Below, one piece after another: positions 1 to 10,654 of a stretch of 64,000 nucleotides of DNA. The DNA is from Hyaloraphidium curvatum SAG 235-1 (lineage: Eukaryota; Fungi; Monoblepharomycota). A program made the position numbers and the translations under genes. The stretch spans positions 1 to 64,000 of the forward strand of contig JAIVFI010000018.1 in the NCBI GenBank assembly GCA_025558095.1, read 5' to 3'. The notes beneath the pieces are model-generated. The model ran no database searches. It was not told where the DNA came from and saw only the letters and a list, made by a program, of their open reading frames with translations. How positions within the stretch are numbered: the first letter of the stretch is position 1; every line of letters starts with the position of its first letter.

Positions 1-755
1 CCGGAGCGTTGACAGCGGCGGCTTCGGTGCACAGCTGAAGCCAGTGTTGGAGTTGGGCCGCGACGCCAAGAGCCCAGGCCACCGCGATCCGTTCGCGGAA
101 GCGCCGCACAAAACGAGAGTAAAGGCCATCGAGGTCCACGGGCTGCCCATCACGGCCGACGATCCCGGGATACTGGATGCGCCCCATCTCCGAGGAGAAG
201 CGCGAGAAAGTGTCAGAGACAGCGCTGTACGAATCAAAAGCAATCACGATCAGAGGGTAGAAGTTGGCGTTGAAGACGAAACGGGAGTAGTCCTTCCTGG
301 CGGCCTCGACCCGCCGTTCGACTGCGTGGCCCGGGACCGAGAAGACCAGGCCCGTGTGCAAATGGGCCATAGAGGTGAGGGTCTTGATCTCGAGCAACCA
401 CCGTTTCCGGGTTTCGCGGTGCGTGATGAGAACGTCTCCAAGGCGGCCTGCATCCGCAGGCGTGGGCGGGGTGACAGTCTCGTAGCCATGCGCAAGGAGG
501 TTTGGCGGCATGGGGTGCACGCGGAGGAGCGGGATGGAGCGAAGCGCCGCGCGGATGGCCGCGCAAATGTCGTCGTGACCAGGACTGAAGAGATCCCGGC
601 CATAGCAGCCCGAGAACGCGTGCTCCCCGTCAGCGAGAGCCGGCCTTCTCCGGCCTTCTCAGAACCCAGCAATCTCGGTGCCGTCCCTCACACCCCGGGA
701 AAAGATTGCGATCGTCTAAGCTTTCTGAGGTTGGACATATTGCTCTTCTCTGTTG
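1..755 (-). mobile_element. Degenerate 3' part of an RLE-type (CRE/R2-like) non-LTR retrotransposon ORF: CCHC zinc knuckle plus restriction-like endonuclease; continues beyond window start
   Basis: My minus-strand translation (not in the track because it runs off the window) reads C-EGRHRD-C-WVLRRPALADGE-H-AFSG-C ... GHDDICAAIRAAL ... GRLGDVLITHRETRKRWLLEIKT ... KDY ... FYPLIVIAFDSYS ... FRERIAVAWALG. This follows the CCHC / RHD / (P)D..(D/E)xK / KY / F.P..(E/D)..G / RI..A order of RLE elements. A 10-bp duplication (ccggccttct x2, about 640-659) shifts the frame. The right boundary is approximate. Confidence 0.7.
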
Positions 756-765
756 CCGAACCGCG

Positions 766-2321
766 ATGGATCCCGCCGCGATTCCCGCCGGCGACGGCCT
801 GGCCACGCTCGGCGCGGCCGACTTCCTCGCCGTCTTCCCGCGCCCTCCGGCGCCCGACGCCCGAGTGCCCCGCGGCCTCCTTTCGCCTACGACGGACCCC
901 GCACTGCCGGCGCGTGAGGAGCGTCCCCTGACCCCCGAGTCAATGGTCGCATCTTTGAAGAACTTCCCACTCCAGCGCGCCCAGCTGGCCCTCCAGTTCG
1001 CCGTGCTCAAGCTCACCCGCGGCTACAAGTTGGCCTGGCTACACCAGTTTACACACACCGCTACGCTTGCCGCGGCGTTCGCCCTTGTCTTCCCGTTCAA
1101 CGACGGCACTTTCGGAACGCGGCACCTCGCGGTCGGGGCCGCAGCGTACTGGATCAACCTCTTTGGGTACACCTTGATCCATTTTCTCTCGGGAAGCTGG
1201 CGCCCCTCTGCCGACGGAACCGGCAATCCGCTGGACGGGCAGCTGGCTGCGGACCTCGTCAGATGGGCACAGTTGGTCGACACCGCAGGGGTTCCGGGCA
1301 CCGACAGGAAGCTGGAAGGCGGATCGGAGCCTTCTTTGCTCCTTGTGCACGACCCCGAGGACCCCTTGTGCCCATGTCCCAGGAAGGAGTGCGCGGGCGG
1401 TCTCCCCGAACGAAATGCCGCGCTCGCGGTTTTAACCAAGGTCTTCGCCATCCCCAGCTCCCTTTTATCCTGGAGCGTGCTTGGATTATGGACGGTTTGC
1501 GTAACTTTTGCTTCGCGTACCTGGGCCACGGGATGGGCGGCCTTCCTCGTCGTCATCGCGTTGCTGTGCCACGTTCTGTACGCGAGCATCACGATCGCCA
1601 TCTCAGTGGGCACATACGTGCCCCACGACTTCGACATCCAGAACCGGCTGCGGCGGCGCGTCATGACCATCGCGCTTTCGGACCTGGTGAAGAGGCTCGA
1701 GGGACCTTGGCAGCCGGGCGACGCAGCCGCAGCCCCTCCGCCAGCCGTGGAACCCTACACTTGGCTACATTCGTGGCTCGTTTCGGATTGGCAGCTGCAC
1801 CGGGTCTCCAGCGATGGGATCCGGAGGGTATTCGCCTTTGGTGTGCTGCTCGAGGTAGCTACGATCATGATCAGCGTGGTGCGTGAAGGCCGCAGCGTTC
1901 CACGAAGATCCCGCCCGCTGATTCCTTGCAGCTCGGCGCTTCCTGCGTCCCCGCATGGGCCATCTCCACCATGGCCGTCATCGCGTACTGCTTCCTCTCG
2001 AACCTCTACGCCGTCGCGGTGCAGAATGCCCACATCGACGGCACCGCTGCGCTCTACCTCGCGGCTGCGGACCGCATCTCTCTCCTCCTCCTACGCCCCG
2101 CCCCCGCGGGCACCGACAGGGATCTCGTCGCGCACCACGCCGTCGTCTTGCGAACGTACGCGGACCCGACGCGCTACAGGGCCAGATTCCTCGGCTTCGT
2201 CGTCACCTTCGGCGCCATCCGGACGCTGTTGCTCGCCGCGTTCACGGTCGCGGTCGGGCTGGTGGGACTGCTGCGTGGAGGAGGTGTCACCGTGACGCTG
2301 CAGAGCGTGTGCCCAGGGTGA
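766..2321 (+). CDS. Predicted 7-TM membrane protein, paralog 1 (candidate 7TMIC/GRL-like receptor channel)
   Basis: ATG 766; intron 1879-1931 (GTGCGT...CTGAT...CAG, 53 nt) joins ORF 706..2295 to ORF 1926..2321; seven hydrophobic segments; two close paralogs downstream. The gene model is secure, the function is inferred. Confidence 0.85.
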
Positions 2322-2592
2322 GGTGGGACGGACGGCCAAGAAGACGCGGGGGTCATGCGCAAGTAGATTCGTGCAATAGATCTATTTGCTGTGTTGAGCC
2401 ATCAAGATCGAGTTGCGCACAAAAGCCAATGCGGCTCTCTTCATCTCTTCGTGGGCGGGGCGGGTGGCGGGACAGCTCGTGAGCTGAGTCCGACTGTCCT
2501 GCACCCCGCCTGACGGCGCCGCAGTCGCCCTCGACACGCTTTCAAACAACCTCTAGAACAAATCGATCTATTCGTCGACCGCCCGGACCGCC

Positions 2593-4145
2593 ATGGAGCC
2601 CACGATCCCCGCCGGCGACGGCCTCGCGACGCTGGGCCCGGCCGACTTCCTCGCCGTCTTCCCGCGCCCCCCGGCGCCCGACCCCCGCGTGCCCCGCGGG
2701 CTCCTTCCTCCCACCGCGGACCCCGCCTTGCCTGCGCGTTCGGAGCGACCCCTGACTCCCGAGTAGATGCTGGCCTCGCTCGAAAGGTTCCCTCTCCAGC
2801 GCGCCCAGCTGGCCCTCCAGTTCATGGTGCTGAAGCTCACCGGCGGGTACAAACGCCCTTGGTTGCACCACTTGTCCTTTTCGGCGTCCCTCGCCGCGGC
2901 CTTTGCGCTCATCTTCCCGTTCAACGACGGCACGTTCGGGACGCGGCACCTCGCGGTCGGCGCCGCGGCGTTCTGGCTCAACGTTTTCGGATACACGCTC
3001 AATCATTTTCTGTCTGGAAGCTGGCGTCCGGCGGCCGACGAAGCCAGCAATCCCCTGGACGGCCACTTCGCCGCGGACCTCGTCAGATGGGCACAGCTGG
3101 TCGACGGTTCCGGAGCGACCGAAGCCGTGCGGAAGCTGGAGAACGGAACGGAAACCTCTCTGCTTCTTGTGCACGACCCAGAGGACCCGATGTGCCCCCG
3201 TCCCAGGAGGGAGTGCGCGGGCAGCGTCCCGGAGCGCAACGCCGCCTTCGCGTTCTTCTTCAAGGTCGTCGCCCTCTCCGGTCCCCTCCTATCCTGGACC
3301 GTCCTCGGCCTGTGGACGATCTACGTGACGTTCGCTCCTCGCACCTGGACCACGGGCTGGGCGGCCTTCCTCGTCGTTCTCGCCTTTCTGACCTCCCTGC
3401 TCTACTGTCCCGTGGTCACTTCCATCTCCACGGGCACGTACGTGCCAGGCGATTTCGACATCCAGAACCGGCTGCGGTGGCGCACCGTGTCCGTCGCGCT
3501 CTCCTATCTGGTGAGGCGGCTCGAGGCTCCCTGGAACCTCGGAGGCACGTCGACGGCGGCTCAGCCGGCCCCCGAGCCCTATACCTGGCTCCACTCATGG
3601 CTCGTGTCGGACTGGCGTATGTACCGCACCGTCGGCGACGGCATCCGGAGGACGTTCGCAATCGGCCTGATCATCGAGGCGGCGACAGTGGCGCTCAGCG
3701 TGGTGCGTGGTTCGCCTCCGCTCCCCCCGGAACCCGTTTCACGCTCCCTCCGCAGCTGGGCGCGTCCTGCGTTCCCGCATGGGCCATATCCAGCCTCGCC
3801 GTCATCGCGTACTTCCTTCTGTCCAACCTCTACGACGTCGCGGTGCAGAATGCCCACATTGACGGCATCGCGGCGCTCTACCTCGCGGCCGCGGACCGCA
3901 TCTCCCTCCTCCTCATCCGGCCGGCGCCCCCGGGTGCTGACAGGGAGCTCGTTGCGTACCACGCTTCGGTCCTGCGGACATACGCGGACCCGACGCGCTA
4001 CCGCGCGCGGTTCCTCGGCTTCGTCGTCACCTTCGGGGCCATTCGGACTCTGCTGCTGGCCGCGTTCACCGTCGCGGTCGGGCTGGTCGGGCTGCTGCGG
4101 GGCGGGGGGGTGACGGTGACGCTGCAGAGCGTGTGCCCGGGGTGA
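2593..4145 (+). pseudogene. 7-TM paralog 2 with in-frame TAG (pseudogene, or N-truncated form starting at ATG 2767)
   Basis: ATG 2593 MEPTIPAGDGLATLG matches the paralogs. TAG at 2764-2766 sits where paralogs have Ser (TCA/TCG) and is immediately followed by ATG. Intron 3703-3755; stop TGA ends at 4145. Confidence 0.75.
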
Positions 4146-5084
4146 GACACCGGGGCCGGCTCCAGCTCGGGACAGGCAGCATGCGCGGGGATCCGGAGCC
4201 GGGGGTGCCCGATTGGGACCATCCCGGGATATCCATACATGTGCTTTTGCGCGGAGCTTGCTTGCTTCATTCTCTTTGGGTGCGAAGCGCGGTAAACCCC
4301 GACTTGTCGGGCATCGTGTGAATCGGCTGCGCTCTTCGCTTCGACTGTCAGCTGCCACAAGGAGGGCAACGGGCCAGGTCGGGCGGGGTGCGGCACGGGA
4401 CCCGCCCGCAGTGCGGCCAGGGAGTCCGCAGGCCCAGGCCCGGCACGGACGAACAGTCCTTCCGCGGCCGGCCCTCACCCCGAGCGTCCCGAACCGCCGT
4501 CCGCGCATGCGGCGCCGCCGGAGCCCCGCCGGGCGGATCTTTGCGCGGCCCTGAGGCGGGCCCGCTCGGCGTATCGTCGCGCCGTTGCACCCGCGGGATG
4601 CCGAGGGGGGCATCGGGATGTCCGCTTCGCCGCCCGAGCCGCTTGAGGGGCCGAATGTGGCCGGCGAACCGGGTTGCCTTCCTACAACGTCCTGCTTCCG
4701 CATACCACGCTACCGGCCTGATTCGTGGCTCTGATTTTCAGATTAAGCAAGATCTTCCGGTGGCTCACGGCCGGAGGAGGAGCGGGAAGCTCTTGTGGAG
4801 ATTTCAGGGGATCGGCTAGGCGGCGTCCCAAACGCAATGCCACCACTCTGCTCTCCTTTCCCTCGGCGACAATCCGCCCTCGGGCGGGCAGCGATACCAG
4901 TGGCCGATTTCGTTCCGTTCTGGGCCGGTGACTCGCCCTCGATCGGGTGGCCGACGCGCTCGATCCAATTCCCGGGTCCGAGGCGGCGATTCGGAGGGCG
5001 GGGTCTGGGCCCCGTCGGCCGGCCTGAAGAGGCAGAGCGGGACGCAAACATCCGAGCGCAAAACTCCACCGACAGCGACCCGCG

Positions 5085-5822
5085 ATGGGAGTCGAGCGCC
5101 CGCGCACCGCGCCGATGCCGCCGCCGCGCCTCGCGTGGCCGCCGCCGCGCTCCGAGCCGCTCCGCGCCGAGAGGGAGAACAGCGCCGCCGGGCCCCCCCG
5201 CGCCGCCGACCCCACCGGCCTGCGCACGCCGCCGCCCACGCCGACGCCCGAGGGCGCGTGCTGGGGCTGCCTGTCGGGGGCGTGCTGCGGCTGCGACGAC
5301 GCAGGCTGGGAGACCGCGAGCGCCGGGACCTCGACGACTTCGGCGTCCTCGGCCGCAGGCGACTCCTCGGCATCGGAGGTTTCGGAATCGACAAACAGGA
5401 CTGGCTTCCGGCACATCGGGGCGTCGAGCCTGCGCAGCGTCGCCAGCACAGCGAGCACAAAGAGCGTGCGGTTCGCCGACGCCGTGGAGGTCTTCTCCGA
5501 CGACTGCGAGGACGCTGGCGCCTCGGGGGACCTTGAGGACGACGAGGACGACGACCGGCCCGCCACTGCTGGCGCCGAGCAGCCCCGCTGGACCCAACCG
5601 GACCTCGGCGTGCCGCGGCCCGACGCCGTCAACGCATGGGCGGCGCACCTCGGCGCCCTCCTTGCCGGCCCGGAGCATACGCTTCCCGAGGGCGGGGCGT
5701 CGCAGCTGCGGGCGGCATGGCCGGCGTTGCTGCACGGCCAGTCAGCGGAGCTTATTGACTTTGGGGTCAAGCCGGCGGAGGGTGCGGGGAGACTGCCGGA
5801 CCTGAGGGCCTTTTGGCGGTGA
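5085..5822 (+). CDS. Hypothetical low-complexity protein containing a KSVRF (RVxF-like) motif
   Basis: 245-aa ORF with coding-like codon use, Ser-rich and acidic tracts; start could be ATG 5085 or 5115. Confidence 0.5.
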   Translation: MGVERPRTAPMPPPRLAWPPPRSEPLRAERENSAAGPPRAADPTGLRTPPPTPTPEGACWGCLSGACCGCDDAGWETASAGTSTTSASSAAGDSSASEVSESTNRTGFRHIGASSLRSVASTASTKSVRFADAVEVFSDDCEDAGASGDLEDDEDDDRPATAGAEQPRWTQPDLGVPRPDAVNAWAAHLGALLAGPEHTLPEGGASQLRAAWPALLHGQSAELIDFGVKPAEGAGRLPDLRAFWR

Positions 5823-6329
5823 TTGGCTATGGACGGATCGTGCCGGTGCCTTGGCCCCGTCCGATTGACGAACTGTACATAGTGCTAGAGATGAGAGGTA
5901 CCCGTTCGGTTAGCCGTTACTTCCAGTGCCGATCATGTGCTTCGCCGCGAGTCAGAGCGCAACCACAATGTTCCCGGTTTGGCCTGTGCCCTTCTCTGAA
6001 GCGAGTACGTCACAAAGGAGCTCCCAAAGTCTAGTAGACGCTTCGCATTCACGAATTTGTCACTGGAGCTTTCAATGTCCGTCGGAGCCGAAGCGAGGCT
6101 TCCTCCTGTCACGATTCCAATGTAGCGTTCCTTCGGCTTTGCTCTTTACGTGGTGTTGTGCAAATCAGGGCTTATGTGTGGCATGGTATCCTCGCGAGCA
6201 AGAAAGGGCTGAGCGGCACTCGGCGTGCCCACCTGTGTTCCCCGCAACCACTGACCTGCCCGGCCCAGCCTCCGCGTCTGAAGAGAAAGAGCTGCTATCG
6301 GACTTTGTCTTTCAACGTCCCGAAACGCA

Positions 6330-7890
6330 ATGGACCACGCGATTCCCGCCGGCGACGGCCTCGCGACGCTCGGCCCGGCCGACTTCCTCGCCGTCTTCCC
6401 GCGCCCCCCGGCGCCCGACGCCCGCCTGCCCCGCGGCCTCCTTCCGCCCACGGCGGACCCCGCGCTACCGGCGCGTGAGGAGCGACCCTTGACGCCCGAG
6501 TCGATGCTCGCCGCGCTGGGGAAGTTCCCGCTCCAGCGGGCCCAGCTTGCGCTGCAGTTCGACGTGCTCAAGCTCACAGGCGGCTACAAGCTGCCGTGGC
6601 TCCATCATTTCGTCTTCTGTACGGCCAACGTCGCGGTGTTCTGCCTCATTTTTCCTTTCAACGACGGCACGTTCGGGTCGCGGAACCTCGCGACTGGGGC
6701 CGCGGCAGTCTTCTTCAACGCCTTTTCATACACTGTGGTCCATTTTCTGTCTGGCAGCTGGCGGCCGGCCGGCGACAAGGCCAACAATCCTCTGGACGGT
6801 CACTCGGCCGCGGACCTCGTCCGATGGGCGCAGCTGGTCGATGCTGCTGGCGGAGCCACCGAAGTCGAGCGGAAGCTGGAGACTGGACCAGAATCTTCTC
6901 TTCTTCTGGCTCACCATCCCGAGGACCCTCTGTGCCCTTGCTCCAAGAAAGAGTGTGTAGGTGTCATCCCGGAAACCAACGCCATGTTGGCTTTTGTAAC
7001 CAAGCTGGTGGTCTCTATCCTTGGCCCTCTTGTGTCCTGGAGCGTTCTGGGACCGTGGACGATCTACATCACGTTTGCTTCGCGCACTTGGTCGACGCCC
7101 TGGGCAGCTTTTCTCGCCGTCGCTGCTTTGCTCCTGCATCTGCTCTACTGTATCACGCTCGCTTCCCTCTCCACGGGCACATATGTACCCTACGACTTCG
7201 AGGTCCAAAATCGGCTGCGGCGGCGCACCATGTCCATCGCGTTATCGGATTTGGTGAATCGGCACGAGGCAAATTGGAAGGGGGGCGAGTCCGCTTCAAC
7301 GCCCCCACCTGCCGGCGAACCCTACACTTGGCTCCATTCATGGCTCGTTTCGGATTGGCAAATTCACCGTATCATCAGCGACGGCATCCGGAGAGTTTGG
7401 ACCTTTGGTGTGCTGATCCAAGTCGGGACAATCATCATCAGTGTGGTGGGTACGCCGTCGGCGCTTCCAGCGGAGATGGTCTTACACCCCAGCATCGCAG
7501 ATCGGTGCCTCCTGCGTTCCCGCATGGATCATTTCCGCCATGATTCTCATCACGTTCGGCTTCCTCTCCAGCCTGTATGCGGTCGCTGTGCAGAACCACC
7601 ACATCGACGGCACCGCGGCGCTCTACCTCGCGGCCGCGGACCGCATCTCCCTCCTCGTGCTGCGTCCCGCCCCGGCGGGCACCGACAGGGAGCTCGTCGC
7701 GCACCACGCAACAGTCTTGCGTACCTATGCCGACCCGACGCGCTACCGGGCCCGGTTCCTCGGGTTCGTAGTCACCTTCGGGGCCATCCGGACGCTTCTG
7801 CTCGCGGTGTTCACCGTCGCTGTGGGATTGGTCGGGCTGCTGCGGGGAGGAGGTGTCACGGTGACGCTGCAGAGCGTGTGCCCGGGGTGA
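6330..7890 (+). CDS. Predicted 7-TM membrane protein, paralog 3
   Basis: ATG 6330; intron 7446-7500 at the same position as in paralogs 1 and 2; C-terminus ...TVTLQSVCPG identical. Confidence 0.85.
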
Positions 7891-8279
7891 CGGGGGGGCC
7901 TTTTCCTTAGCGGCGCGACGCAGGAGATTTGGAGTCCTTTTCGCGGACATCATGTACTGTATTGCATTGCGGAGCGAACTCGTGGATCCCACATCTCCAT
8001 TGACATGAATCGCGCATAGAGCGGATCTCAACTGCAAAGCTTGAAGGATCACGATGGCGCGCTTTTCAATCCCTATACCCCAGCGCGCCGCACCCACCCG
8101 CATCCGTCACCCATTCGCCTGACGTCGGCTGTGCTCGATAGAGACCGACCGGCGATCTCGAATGAAGGAAAAAAGGAAAGGACACGCCGAGATAAAGGAA
8201 AGGCAAGAGATGAACTTGCGTTTTGACACTTCGAACGGCCACGCGAGCGCCACACGGCTAATCCCAAACCGACATCCGC

Positions 8280-10187
8280 TCACAGCCTCGCCGCGTCCCC
8301 CTTCCACTCGTCCTTCTCCCTCTTCCCCACGAACCTGAACCCCCGACCCTCAGGCACCACGTCCTCGACCTCCTCCAGCGGCAGGAACTCGGGCACCTTG
8401 TCGAACCCGAACGGGCGCGAGGAGAGGCGGTACCGCACGGGCGTCTCGGAGAGCTGCAGCGCGGGGCCGACGAAGGAGACGGTGTGGCCGGGGGGGAGCC
8501 AGGGGCAGTCCTTGACGGAGAACATGAACTCGGGCTTGTAGGCGTCGGGGAAGCCGGCGCGGAAGTGCCTGTGGGAAGAGGCAGGTTGCACACTGTCAGT
8601 GACCGCAATCACAGACGCAACAGCGTTCCACCCACGTGTTCTGGAACAGCGCAAAGTAGGCGAAGCACCCCCCGCCGAACGCCCTCTCCGGGTCCAGGTC
8701 CGACGGCTCGGGCTGGTACGCCTCCCAGCACTTTTCCACCGTCGCCGCGTCGTGCAGCCCCAGCCTCTGCATCATCATCCCCACCTGCAGCAGGCTCGTC
8801 CTCACCCTGTACGACCCCCCCTCCCTCGCCCTCCGACGCAGCGCCTCGATCACGCCCATGGCGAGCGAGTGCCCCGTGGAGATGTCGAGCACGTTGATGG
8901 GCACGGGCGCGGGCCGGTCGTGCTGCGGGCCGTCGGTGTACCGGTGGTGCTGACCCTGGACGGCCCCGATGCCGGCGAGGAAGTGCGCGAGGTGCTCGTA
9001 GCCCGCGGCCGAGGCGAGGGGCCCGGAGAAGCCGAAGGCGTTGGCCTCGGCGTAGACGACGCCGCGGGGGCGGCCGGCGACGAGGGAGAGGACGTCGTCG
9101 TAGCCGACGCCGAGCTTTTCGGGGACGCCGAGCGCGTTGCTGTGCCGGGCAATGGTGAGGTTGGCTGTCGGATCGCCCTGCCGCGAACAACCCACTTGGA
9201 CAGGAACACGTCGCAGTCGGCGACCATCTTCCTGAACCTCGCCATGTCGTTCGGGTTCTTGAAGTCCACGTGGATCGACCTCTTCCCCGCGTTGGTGTCC
9301 AGCGCAAGCCCGTCATCGATGAAGGGCGACGTCACCCTGATCACCGTCGCTCCCAGCGCGGCCAGCAGGCACCCCCCGCGCGGCCCGAGCAGCACGCGCG
9401 TGAGCTCGAGCACCTTCACTCCGTCGAGAATGCCGGCGGCCCGGGGCTCCCCGATGCGGGTCCACGGCACGGGCGCCCACCCCTCGCGGCGCTCGATCCC
9501 GACGGTGGGCCACGTGGCCGCGAGCTTCCCGTGCTCCGAGGCGGCAAAGTCCTCGGGCCGCTGGCCTACGATGCACGCCGTGGCGTTCTTGGCGATCATG
9601 TTGCGCTCGAGCTCGGCGCTGTCCCACTCGGCGATCCGGGCCGAGACGCGCTCGGCGTACTCCTTCCTGCCTTCGGGGTAGTCCAGCTTGGGCGCGAGCT
9701 CCTTGATCTCCTCGGGGGAGAAGCCAAACGCATCCAGCAACCGCTCGGGACCGTCGAATGGGCGAAGGTAGATCAGGATGTAGCGGCCATCCCGGCAGCG
9801 GAAGCTCGAGTTCATGACGGCGCGGTGCCACCTGTACGGGTCCTCCCCGCCCAGGTGTGCGGCAACGAAGCCGATCGACTCCAGCGCGCCCATGTCGTCG
9901 ACGGTGAACGAGAAGTGCGACGTCAGGCTGGAGGCCGCGTGCGCGACGTCGACGGCCAGCCGCTGCGGCTTCCCGAGCCGCTCCCGCGAGATGAGGCTGC
10001 ACAGCGCGCCGACGGCGGTGTTTATCCCGGCGATCAGCTCCGCGGGCTTGAACGGCGTCGGCACGAAGGGCGCCGCCGGCGCGGTGATGTCCGCCGCGGC
10101 CACGTCGGCCCGCGCGTCGGCGAGCTCGGCGGGCGACAGCAGCTGGGTCAGGTAGCGCAGGGAAACGTCGCGGACAGCGGCCTCCAT
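8280..10187 (-). CDS. CoA-transferase family III (CaiB/BaiF-like, tandem-domain type)
   Basis: LDGVKVLELTRVLLGP...LAALGATVIRV...NAGKRSIHVDFK motif; introns 9140-9195 and 8569-8635 restore the frame. Confidence 0.9.
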
Positions 10188-10654
10188 TTCGGCGGGAGGG
10201 TGGGGGAAGGGCCGCGGGGGACAGTCGTCGGTCCTCTGCGCCGAGGATGTTGCCACCGCCGGCCGCTTGACTTGCCCCCTCCGGTGAAAACGCGGCGAAC
10301 TTTGCCAAAGGCCACACAATCCCCTACAGGGAGAGCAATCCGATCTGTGGCACCTAGTATCTGCCACTGACGAAGGCTGTATTGCAACGAATCCGGACAC
10401 ATTGGCTAGGGCCGCACATTCGAACGCTTGTACCGCCACGCAACCATCACAAAGCAAGCCTAGTCAACCAAGTGCCCCATCTCCTTGAGCGGCGATTTCT
10501 TAGAAACTGCTCGGCTTCTCGTTTGCCTGTCTGTGTAACTGTCCGAGACGGATTCCCTCTCTTCCGTGCGTCCCTGCCGTCCCGGCGACGCCGTCTGTCT
10601 CCCATAAACATCTCCCATCGTCGTCGGCAACACACACACCCTCACCCCGCAAAA

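Noticed and set aside
44-931. 295-aa plus-strand ORF
   Set aside because: It is the antisense mirror of the retroelement endonuclease frame.
766-7890. GPCR assignment for the 7-TM proteins
   Set aside because: No recognisable GPCR-family motifs, and the loop pattern plus a very short tail after TM7 fit the inverted 7TMIC layout better. Not formally excluded.
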